Shown one piece after another: positions 36,754 through 44,898 of a stretch of DNA of 64,000 bases (its first letter is position 1; each line of letters opens with the position of its first letter). The DNA is taken from sequence record OP889247.1; one strand, given 5' to 3'. Below the pieces are notes generated by a model. That model saw only the letters and a list, made by a program, of their open reading frames with translations, did not search any database and was not told where the DNA came from. The translations under genes were made by a program, and so were the position numbers.

Positions 36754-36790
36754 AACTTCCTTCTCTTTAATAGGGAAGGAAGTTTCTTTA
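36754..36790 (+). terminator. Stem-loop terminator
   Basis: AACTTCCTTCTCT-TTAAT-AGGGAAGGAAGTT followed by TCTTT. Confidence 0.7.
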
Positions 36791-36809
36791 CTATAAAGGA
36801 TTTTTATTT

Positions 36810-37379
36810 ATGAAACTAGAAATAAAAGAAATGTTGACTCGTTTTTCTAATGGAGCTTTCACTAAAGTCTTCTTTACCGCAGGTGGAATTCTACTTACAT
36901 GGGATAAAAACATTAATCCATTAGAAGCATCTGGTACACCTTCTCCTTATTCAACTGCAAGATTTAATTATCTTCAGTCTTTAGTAGATAAAGAGTATAT
37001 CGAATTTGGATTTGGTGAAACATTGACATTCCGCTTTTTGGTAATTTATATTCCTAACAAGAAAGAGCTTGTTACCAAGTACCTGTTTAAAGTTTCTGAT
37101 ATTTCTATTCCTGACTGTGTTGATTATAAAACTAACTACGTCTCTAAAGATTTATTCTCAGCTCTTAATGTGATCAGAAACAGTTTCACACCCACCGGAG
37201 TAATCGACTTTGAAACAGTTCAAGTAAAAGACCCAATCGTCGAATTACCGAAATGGTCTTTGCATAAAGAAACTTACACTAATCAAGAAGTACAAGAACT
37301 ATTAGAAGAGTTTAAGAAAGAGATGGTGGAATCTACCAATCAACTCTTTAATCGTTTTATTAATCGGATTAACAAATAA
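36810..37379 (+). CDS. Hypothetical protein with C-terminal amphipathic helix
   Basis: AAGGA SD, 189 aa. Confidence 0.68.
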   Translation: MKLEIKEMLTRFSNGAFTKVFFTAGGILLTWDKNINPLEASGTPSPYSTARFNYLQSLVDKEYIEFGFGETLTFRFLVIYIPNKKELVTKYLFKVSDISIPDCVDYKTNYVSKDLFSALNVIRNSFTPTGVIDFETVQVKDPIVELPKWSLHKETYTNQEVQELLEEFKKEMVESTNQLFNRFINRINK

Positions 37380-37387
37380 GGATTTAT

Positions 37388-37909
37388 ATGAGCAACAATC
37401 GTAATACTTACAATAATGAAGATTTTGTTTACATGTGTAAACTGTTGCAAACCCACGAAATAGTACTAGAAAAATTTGGAAGTCACTCTATTGCACTAGT
37501 AAAGGTAAAGAACTGTTTCCAGGGGATCGAAACGATTTCCGAAATACTAAACTCTTATCTTGAAATAAAAGAAGAAGATAAATCCAATCGTTGGGTTTCT
37601 TATAATCACATGGCTGTGTTTTCATCAACATGGAAACACTTCAAAGAAGAATACGTATTCGGGAACCCAGTTAAAGCAATTATTCATTATTGTGAAAATA
37701 TTGGTAAAGAAGAAAGTGTATTCTTCCGTCATACAGATTTACACCCAGAAAGTGAAACCCTAAAACAGTTCCTAGAACTATCTGAGAAGATGACCAAGGT
37801 AAGTTTAAGATTTACCCCTGAGCAAGAGAATACTCTTCTCCACAACGTCGTTGAAGAACTATCAGCAGAGATTACAAGTCTTAAACTAAAGATAGAAGAT
37901 CTCTCTTAA
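37388..37909 (+). CDS. Hypothetical protein with C-terminal FTPEQ helix / coiled coil
   Basis: AAGGA SD, 173 aa. Confidence 0.68.
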   Translation: MSNNRNTYNNEDFVYMCKLLQTHEIVLEKFGSHSIALVKVKNCFQGIETISEILNSYLEIKEEDKSNRWVSYNHMAVFSSTWKHFKEEYVFGNPVKAIIHYCENIGKEESVFFRHTDLHPESETLKQFLELSEKMTKVSLRFTPEQENTLLHNVVEELSAEITSLKLKIEDLS

Positions 37910-37919
37910 TAACCTAACC

Positions 37920-37953
37920 TAACTCACTTCTCCAATTAAGGAGAAGTGAGTTA
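37920..37953 (+). terminator. Stem-loop terminator
   Basis: TAACTCACTTCTCC-AATTAA-GGAGAAGTGAGTTA. Confidence 0.7.
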
Positions 37954-37977
37954 ATAAATATCTAAAGGTAAATAACA

Positions 37978-38976
37978 ATGTCTATTAAAACATTAACTGA
38001 AATACTTGGTTTATCCCTTGAATTGAAAGATTATGAAGATCGAGTTCAGAAAAGATACGATTACATTCAAGAACAATTAAAGAAAGATCCTGATTTTGTA
38101 GCTTATGACTATTTGGAATACTGGCATGGTAGAGCTGATATTCATTACATCATTGATAAGTACGTAATAGATACTAAAGGTAACTATTATCAACTCAAAG
38201 GTGATGTCTGGACCCTCGCTCGGACTAAACATGATGAGGGGTATAAAGAGAAGAACATTAACATGGGTAACGATAAATACCGAATGTTCCAAACACATCG
38301 AGCTATTGTTACCACTTTTATTCCTAAATATGAACACCTTAAAGATATTCCATATTGGAAACTTGAAGCTAACCACAAGGATGGAGTTAAAGAGAATAAT
38401 AACTTTATTAATTTAGAATGGATGACCAAAGCTGAGAATAACACCCATGCCGTAGAATTAGGTTCCCAACTATCAGGCTTGTCAGACCCTAATACTATTC
38501 CTTATCTTGCCACAATCATTATGGAGGGACCTTATAAAGGTCAACAGTTTGTACTTGCAGGTACAGCAGCATTTGAAAAGGAGGGGATTTCACGTTCCAG
38601 CGTGAGGAATCAAACAGAAGGTAAGTATCGCGCTATCGCCGGTTGTACTTGGGAGGTGATATCTAAAGAAGATGCTGTAATGTATTCGCAAGGAACTCCG
38701 GATGGGTTTATGGATTTTCTTAAAGCCAATACCTCGTTATCTGATCCTAAAGTTAAACCAGCTTTAGGTGTGGTACAAGATGGCAAGTATAAAGGTCATC
38801 ATTTCTGTTTGTACGGAAGTAAACATATATCCGAGAACGGATTTGGGCAAGCTTATGTCTCAGGTTCTGCCAAACGTAATAAAGTTTACAAAGGGGTATT
38901 ATGGAAGTATATCACACAGGAAGAAGCTTCCAATTATCCAAGAGGATTAGATAGAGAGATATATGATACTTTATAA
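37978..38976 (+). CDS. Free-standing HNH homing endonuclease with duplicated C-terminal domain
   Basis: HRAIVTTF..EANHKDGVKENNNFINLEWMTKAENNTHA; two ~65-aa repeats (G.YKG..F.L.G ... W..I(S/T).E.A..Y..G). Confidence 0.85.
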   Translation: MSIKTLTEILGLSLELKDYEDRVQKRYDYIQEQLKKDPDFVAYDYLEYWHGRADIHYIIDKYVIDTKGNYYQLKGDVWTLARTKHDEGYKEKNINMGNDKYRMFQTHRAIVTTFIPKYEHLKDIPYWKLEANHKDGVKENNNFINLEWMTKAENNTHAVELGSQLSGLSDPNTIPYLATIIMEGPYKGQQFVLAGTAAFEKEGISRSSVRNQTEGKYRAIAGCTWEVISKEDAVMYSQGTPDGFMDFLKANTSLSDPKVKPALGVVQDGKYKGHHFCLYGSKHISENGFGQAYVSGSAKRNKVYKGVLWKYITQEEASNYPRGLDREIYDTL

Positions 38977-38985
38977 CATAGAGTA

Positions 38986-39018
38986 AACTCTACCTACCCA
39001 AAGCGGGTAGGTAGAGTT
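38986..39018. terminator. Bidirectional terminator
   Basis: AACTCTACCTACCC-AAAGC-GGGTAGGTAGAGTT between convergent stop codons. Confidence 0.78.
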
Positions 39019-39019
39019 A

Positions 39020-40750
39020 TTATGCGGCTTCTTTTTCTTGTTCAACAAAAGGTTTAACAGTGTTGGTATAGAAGTTAGAAATATCTGAAATAGCGGGCAT
39101 TCCATAAATTACGTTACATAATTCTACAGCATTAGCCTGTGGACTAGAAGCGTAATTAATCCCTACCTTACGATAATCCATTCTATCCAAACCTTCTATC
39201 TGACAAACCTCCAACCTTGTTGTCTTATTAGAAACATTCAACGCAATTGTTGTGGATGGATATGCAGCGGCTACATCTATATCGTCAACACTATGTCTTC
39301 CTTTACTCTTCCATGACGGTAATCCAGCATAGATTGTTTTACCATTCTCTTCGTTAAGTTCTGCGTGAAGCAGGGCGATCCAATCTCTAAGGTCTGGTTT
39401 AATGGATTTGAACTCATCCTCTTTCTGTCTTCCAACTGTTCCCCATACATAACCGTTTTCCAACGCTATGAACGAGAGCTTATCAGAAATCATACTTGGT
39501 TGAGATTGATACGACTTCAACTCTGAAGATGTCACTAGAGATGGCAAAGACAATGAGTAGTCATTAGTTACTCTATTAATGTCTTCGATTACCCAGTTAT
39601 CTCGGATGTTGTACATCGCATACAAGTATGGTTCGTTCTTGAGCATCCATTTGTGCCACTCAGCAGAACCTGCTTGTAGATGACCTCCGACCTCAGTATA
39701 GAGCTTACCTTCTACTTTCTCATGTTGCGAGGTAGCTTGCAGAGAGTAAGACTCACGTTTACCTTGAGGTGCGCGTTTAATAGCGTAGAAAGACATTCCG
39801 TCAAACCACTGCCACTTAGCTGGAGCTTGGACTACTGGGAACTTCTCATGGTTATCAAGTGGAGTTTTAGATCCATCTACTTTGGTTTTAAACTGTCTTC
39901 CTGGGAAGAAAAAGTAATCTTGATAAACACCCGGAACTGAAGGATCAGAGTAAACTTCTTTTAAGTTAAAGTTCTCATTAAGCAGCGCATTCTGGTTAGC
40001 TTCCATATCAAAGCCAGCGTTCCAGGATACAATGAAATCCGGTCCTTGTCTGTGCCAGAACTGAATATTGTTATACACTACTTTACCTGGGGTATCTTCT
40101 AGTACATAATGGATTTTGACATCATGTTTTTCGATATATTCCTTTAGGTATTTCTCTTCATATTCCTTAAGGGTTTTAAGAATGACTTCATCAGAGTGTC
40201 CATGGAATATAGAACGCAATCCAGACCAATAAACAACTTTTTCAAAGGTGGTAGAAGCCATACAAACTGGACCAGTGGTGTTGTCTGGCATGATGAATGT
40301 TTCTACGTCATAGGCAGCTACGGAATAAGCTTCTTGGGGTTGGTGATCAGGGAACTTATCGTAATACTTCTGCTTATAGACTACTGGGACAGTTTCTTGA
40401 CATCCGAATACGAAAGGGTTGGATTTTAGATCATAAAGTTGAGCAGAACGATCTGGTCGTCCGAATAACACTTTAGAGATGTTAGTGGCGAGTCTAGCTT
40501 CATTAGAAGTGTACTTGTCACATTTGGAAATCTCTATGTAATCTTTCTTATCTTTGAAATTACGGTGTTTAGGTTTGACTATATAGAAATCACGCTTGTA
40601 GTTTTCTATTTTAGCTAATCTACTTTTACGAGATCCGTCAGCATAAATATCTGTAATTTTAGCTGTGAGTAGATCTGAATTAGAATCGTATTGATTAAAA
40701 GAAAGGTAGGCGTGTTTGCAAACACGCGCGACAATTTTGTTCTCTTCCAT
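39020..40750 (-). CDS. Family B DNA polymerase, N-terminal subunit (3'-5' exonuclease + motif A), phiKZ gp82-like
   Basis: ExoI YDVET, ExoII WNAGFD, ExoIII YNIRD, and polymerase motif A DIDVAAAYPS. Confidence 0.85.
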   Translation of the reverse strand: MEENKIVARVCKHAYLSFNQYDSNSDLLTAKITDIYADGSRKSRLAKIENYKRDFYIVKPKHRNFKDKKDYIEISKCDKYTSNEARLATNISKVLFGRPDRSAQLYDLKSNPFVFGCQETVPVVYKQKYYDKFPDHQPQEAYSVAAYDVETFIMPDNTTGPVCMASTTFEKVVYWSGLRSIFHGHSDEVILKTLKEYEEKYLKEYIEKHDVKIHYVLEDTPGKVVYNNIQFWHRQGPDFIVSWNAGFDMEANQNALLNENFNLKEVYSDPSVPGVYQDYFFFPGRQFKTKVDGSKTPLDNHEKFPVVQAPAKWQWFDGMSFYAIKRAPQGKRESYSLQATSQHEKVEGKLYTEVGGHLQAGSAEWHKWMLKNEPYLYAMYNIRDNWVIEDINRVTNDYSLSLPSLVTSSELKSYQSQPSMISDKLSFIALENGYVWGTVGRQKEDEFKSIKPDLRDWIALLHAELNEENGKTIYAGLPSWKSKGRHSVDDIDVAAAYPSTTIALNVSNKTTRLEVCQIEGLDRMDYRKVGINYASSPQANAVELCNVIYGMPAISDISNFYTNTVKPFVEQEKEAA

Positions 40751-40765
40751 TGCTGGGTGTCCCGA

Positions 40766-40774
40766 ATGTTATGA
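40766..40774 (+). promoter_or_regulatory. Candidate late (TATG-type) promoter
   Basis: ATGTTATGA upstream of the virion gene block. Confidence 0.45.
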
Positions 40775-40837
40775 CGTCAAATTAGGGTTCTCTAAAATAT
40801 AGAACCTGTGCTAATTAATTATTCCCTGGGAGTAGAT

Positions 40838-42184
40838 ATGTTAGGTATCGAATTTATCAGAAAGGAACAAGATTTAAACTTCTCCTTGGCTGGTATGGAA
40901 TTTATGGATTTCCAGAAACAGGATCGCTACCTGAAGCTGGTTGAGTTCTTTAAGCCGTTGATTGTTAAGAATGAATTCGGTTGGATGATTGACTGGATCA
41001 AGAGTGAGCAAGACGATCTAGTAAAAATGATCATGGAGATGACAGGTATCAAAGTCAGGATCATTGAACATCATGGTGATAGCGGTGATCTAGCAATAGA
41101 TACTGGTTATGTTTCACCAAACTCTGTTATGAACCGGCAAGGTACTGATGGGTTTCTCAGCACTAAACACTCTAAGGTATCTCAAGCATTTAAATGTTTG
41201 AATGTAGACGTACTGAAAGGCTGGTGTGATCCCAAGACAGGTATGGTTGGTGGTGACTTTAGTAAAATCGAGTTTGACATTCACGTAGAACGTTATCTAG
41301 AGTGGTTTGTTGATGTGGAAAAAATTAACAAACAGGTAAGTATTGCCGAAGCTTTTGCTATGTTTATTCTACATGAACTAGGTCACGCCTGGAATGCCTT
41401 TTATAACATCTGGCGAACTAGTACAGATGTATTAATGCAAAGCAATGCTATCAAGATGTTGGCGAGAACTGAAAATACTAAAGAGAAGATCGAGATTTAC
41501 AAAGAAACTCTGAAGTATCTTGAAGCAGATGCAAAAGTGGATGACAAACTAGTTAACAGTCTTGATTCCCAAGACGCCCAACAAGCCTTCTTTGATAAAG
41601 CTATTAACAACAGAGACTTGAGGCGAACCTTGTCATTAGGCGTCTCTAATCGCGGTAGTGAAATGATGGCAGATATGTACGCTATCAAGATGGGTTGTCC
41701 AAAGACACTTGTAATCGGTCAAAAGGGGTTCTATTACGCTGAAGGAACTTCTGGTCAAGCTTTGCTGGCCAGTTCACTTATGACTATCGGGGCCGTCGCC
41801 ATTGGTTCCCCGGTAGCAATTGGCGTGTGGGGTCTTATTACAATAGTTAATTTCCACACAGCGTTACACTCTCGTCTCATGCCTACCGATGAGTACGATT
41901 CTCCTTATCGCCGCATCAAAACCATTTTGCGGGAATGTGTTACTGAGTTCTCCCAGAACAAGAAAATGAAACCTGCTGATAAACAGCAATTCTTAGCTAA
42001 GTGTAAAGAGATTGAAAAGTTAGTAGAAGAGAACAAACCTATTCTCGAAGGAACAGCTTTCCAACGTTACATTGGGTGGATCTGCTCTGGTACCGATTTT
42101 AAAGCTCAAGAGTTTGAACACTATACAGCCGAATTGGTTTCCCATAATCTTGCCCTTTATACAGACTACTTTAAAGAGAGTTAA
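40838..42184 (+). CDS. Virion protein with zincin-like HExxH motif and hydrophobic hairpin
   Basis: LHELGH...EMMADMYA, plus a hydrophobic segment LLASSLMTIGAVAIGSPVAIGVWGLITIV. Start at ATG 40838 with a GGGAG SD. Confidence 0.7.
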   Translation: MLGIEFIRKEQDLNFSLAGMEFMDFQKQDRYLKLVEFFKPLIVKNEFGWMIDWIKSEQDDLVKMIMEMTGIKVRIIEHHGDSGDLAIDTGYVSPNSVMNRQGTDGFLSTKHSKVSQAFKCLNVDVLKGWCDPKTGMVGGDFSKIEFDIHVERYLEWFVDVEKINKQVSIAEAFAMFILHELGHAWNAFYNIWRTSTDVLMQSNAIKMLARTENTKEKIEIYKETLKYLEADAKVDDKLVNSLDSQDAQQAFFDKAINNRDLRRTLSLGVSNRGSEMMADMYAIKMGCPKTLVIGQKGFYYAEGTSGQALLASSLMTIGAVAIGSPVAIGVWGLITIVNFHTALHSRLMPTDEYDSPYRRIKTILRECVTEFSQNKKMKPADKQQFLAKCKEIEKLVEENKPILEGTAFQRYIGWICSGTDFKAQEFEHYTAELVSHNLALYTDYFKES

Positions 42185-42186
42185 TC

Positions 42187-42615
42187 ATGTCACATCTTGC
42201 TCACATTGTTACCTTTAAGAAAACCCTTATTGCCGATGGTATTACCGATCCGAAACTTCAGATTGATCTTACTCGCTCCGCTTATGTTCGTGCTCTGATT
42301 AGTCTTAAGCATCGATCAGCTATTGATGGTAAAGATTTTAAACCGTTCTGTAACCACGTACTTTCTTACTGGAATGAAACTTCTCCGGTTGCAGGTTCCC
42401 TGGTAGTATCTGAAGTTATTCACTTCTTTGCAGTACTTGACAAAGCTTTAAGTAATGTAGGTGAAATGGAAGTTATTCAAGTTCCTGTTACTACTGCTCC
42501 AGAACTCCCAGAAGGTAAGAAACTTACTGAGATGGCTTCTTATACCGATCTGGTTAACGCTTTGTTGGTTGAAGCTAGTGAGAAGTATAAGACCTGGGTT
42601 GAAGAATACTGCTAA
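42187..42615 (+). CDS. Virion-associated hypothetical protein
   Basis: 142 aa, within a tightly packed operon. Confidence 0.65.
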   Translation: MSHLAHIVTFKKTLIADGITDPKLQIDLTRSAYVRALISLKHRSAIDGKDFKPFCNHVLSYWNETSPVAGSLVVSEVIHFFAVLDKALSNVGEMEVIQVPVTTAPELPEGKKLTEMASYTDLVNALLVEASEKYKTWVEEYC

Positions 42616-42625
42616 GGAGAAAGTA

Positions 42626-44161
42626 ATGGAAGATGAAATCGAATTGGGATCTGTTATCCAACTTTCCCCTCACGCCCAAGCTGTTCAACTAACCTCTGGT
42701 AAAGTCAGTACGGATGACGAACCATTAATCTCTTTAGATGATGTATATGAAGTCACCGGTCAAGAATCAATCAACATTATCGTCAAAAGTGCTCAAGAGT
42801 ATTTTAAACATAATCGTCTTCATCGCGATTCCTTGACTTGTTTGAAAATCTCCGGCATGGAAAGTCTCCTTCCTATCTATGATCGGATGAATGCTCGTAA
42901 GGGTGGTGAATCTTTTATTGAAGGTTTCAAGAAAGGGTTCATGGCGATTATGAAAGCCATTGCTGACTTTATTAAGCAAGTGGTTAGCTGGTGTGTGGTT
43001 AAAGTAAAAACCATGTTTGGTTTTGCTAAGACAGAGAAAGAAACAGCTGCCGCTGTTACTAACTTTGAGAATGATGTTAAACCACGTCTTCAGAACCTAA
43101 TTAAAGATACATTTGGCAATGGTGCCGGGATTGGTACTATTTCATTTGACGAGTTTGTTAAGTCACTTCCTGAAGGTGTTACTGGCAAAGAAGCCATGTT
43201 GATTATTAAGCAACGCGGTGAAAAAGCCGAAGACGCCATTGCCAGGATGACGAGAGCTGTTGATGAAGTTCCCAAAGCAATCGCTGAAATTAACAAGTCC
43301 ATGCAAAAATCACGGACTGTTAAGAACCGTTTCCAAATGCTGATGCGTGATCTGAAAACTAAGGTTAAGAATAAAGATGTTACTGAAGGTGATATTGTAA
43401 ACTTCGTAGCTGGGTTGAACCATGAGGTGACAGATACTCTTAATCCTGAGAACTGTATCAACATCGCTCAAACCCTTTCTGAAAAGGTATTTGGTGTCCA
43501 GATCGAAGGCTTTGGTTTGGAAGGTGGGTTTAAGCAAGCCCAGGATCAGCTTAAGAACGCTTTAGAACGCACCAAGACTAATGTTAATCTGGAAGTACTT
43601 GGTATGTATCAAAAGCTTTCAGATAGTTATACACCAATCATGGCTCAAGCTGACACTATTAAACTAGATCCCTCTGCTCTTGATGATTTCAAAGTTATCC
43701 TTGATGTTGATAGCAATAGTGTCGTTAATTTAATCGCCACTAATTATCCCCAGTATAACTCCATTCTCAGTGATTACGCACAATTTGGGCAGCGTGTTTC
43801 TAAGTATAACGAAGCCCTTTCTTTGTGTGTGACTATTGTTAATGACTGTAAAGCTGTAGGTCAGAGTGTTGTTAAATGGCTAACTGCAATGAGAACTATT
43901 GCGGCGGCCTATGTCGCTCAGGATATTGAGAAGATTGTTAAAGCCCATGAAACTTTCACCCCAGGTAACGAAGATAAATACGTGGCTGACAAAGGTGCTT
44001 ATTTCTTAGCTGATGATCTGAAGATCCTTAACTCTATTTATCCTGGTCGTAACTGGGTAGAAGAAGGTTTAACTTATACTCGCGCTATTTCTCAAATGCC
44101 GGATGTGAAAAAGCGTATCAATAATCTACTGGGTCAACTTTCTGTTCCCTTGAAGGTGTAA
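42626..44161 (+). CDS. Head/inner-body (ejection) protein with probable protease-cleaved propeptide
   Basis: AAGGAG SD at ATG 42626; acidic leader, GQES and GMES sites, followed by GFKKGFMAIMKAIADFIK helix typical of the paralogue family. Confidence 0.68.
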   Translation: MEDEIELGSVIQLSPHAQAVQLTSGKVSTDDEPLISLDDVYEVTGQESINIIVKSAQEYFKHNRLHRDSLTCLKISGMESLLPIYDRMNARKGGESFIEGFKKGFMAIMKAIADFIKQVVSWCVVKVKTMFGFAKTEKETAAAVTNFENDVKPRLQNLIKDTFGNGAGIGTISFDEFVKSLPEGVTGKEAMLIIKQRGEKAEDAIARMTRAVDEVPKAIAEINKSMQKSRTVKNRFQMLMRDLKTKVKNKDVTEGDIVNFVAGLNHEVTDTLNPENCINIAQTLSEKVFGVQIEGFGLEGGFKQAQDQLKNALERTKTNVNLEVLGMYQKLSDSYTPIMAQADTIKLDPSALDDFKVILDVDSNSVVNLIATNYPQYNSILSDYAQFGQRVSKYNEALSLCVTIVNDCKAVGQSVVKWLTAMRTIAAAYVAQDIEKIVKAHETFTPGNEDKYVADKGAYFLADDLKILNSIYPGRNWVEEGLTYTRAISQMPDVKKRINNLLGQLSVPLKV

Positions 44162-44162
44162 C

Positions 44163-44846
44163 ATGGTTAAAGAAGAAGTTGTAAAGGTGATTAATGAACT
44201 ACGTATTCTCACAGCTAACTATAAGAAGTTTCGTGAGTACGTAGAGACATTCACTTGTGAACCTCGTTGTAAGAAAGGTGTCTTGGAGTTTGTTGATTCC
44301 TTGTTCTCTTACAACGATGGTGCTGGACAGGAATATCCAGCAGTATACGGCAAGGTTCATAAAGAACTAGGGTTGAAGCTAACAGTAGCTAAGAGCGACA
44401 TGAACGTTAGATTGTTCAGAGATGCTCTACGTGATCTTTATCTTGATTCTTCAGCAGTTAATAAGTTAGTAGGGACCAGGATTGAACTGGTTGCTAAACT
44501 TTGCGAATACGTTAAACATATTCAATCTGAACTTGATAAGTCGGTATTAACTGATGCTCGTGAACGTCAAGTTTACCTACGACGTGCGTTAGCTAGATTG
44601 AAAGGTGTTTTCAGTACTTTCCTTGCAGCGCCTATTAGCAAAGACTCTTGGTCAGAAGTACGTCCTGCTGAACATGTTCCATATCTCACAGACTCTATGG
44701 ACGAAATTATCAGTAAGTACTTTACTTATCCTGATAAAATCTCCCCTTGGTCAGTTGATTGGGATCACAATGAACTAAGTGATGAATTCACTATTGATAG
44801 TGTTGAAACATTCTTAGACTATCTAGATACTTTTATTAAGTATTAA
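44163..44846 (+). CDS. Virion-associated hypothetical protein
   Basis: 227 aa, last gene of the operon. Confidence 0.65.
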   Translation: MVKEEVVKVINELRILTANYKKFREYVETFTCEPRCKKGVLEFVDSLFSYNDGAGQEYPAVYGKVHKELGLKLTVAKSDMNVRLFRDALRDLYLDSSAVNKLVGTRIELVAKLCEYVKHIQSELDKSVLTDARERQVYLRRALARLKGVFSTFLAAPISKDSWSEVRPAEHVPYLTDSMDEIISKYFTYPDKISPWSVDWDHNELSDEFTIDSVETFLDYLDTFIKY

Positions 44847-44854
44847 ATAACATA

Positions 44855-44888
44855 AACTCTCTACTCCCTTAATTGGGAGTAGAGAGTT
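44855..44888. terminator. Bidirectional terminator
   Basis: AACTCTCTACTCCC-TTAATT-GGGAGTAGAGAGTT between convergent stop codons. Confidence 0.78.
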
Positions 44889-44898
44889 ACTTTTATGT

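Noticed and set aside
42461-42625. N-terminal extension of the 566-aa ORF
   Set aside because: Overlaps the upstream gene; AAGGAG SD supports ATG 42626.
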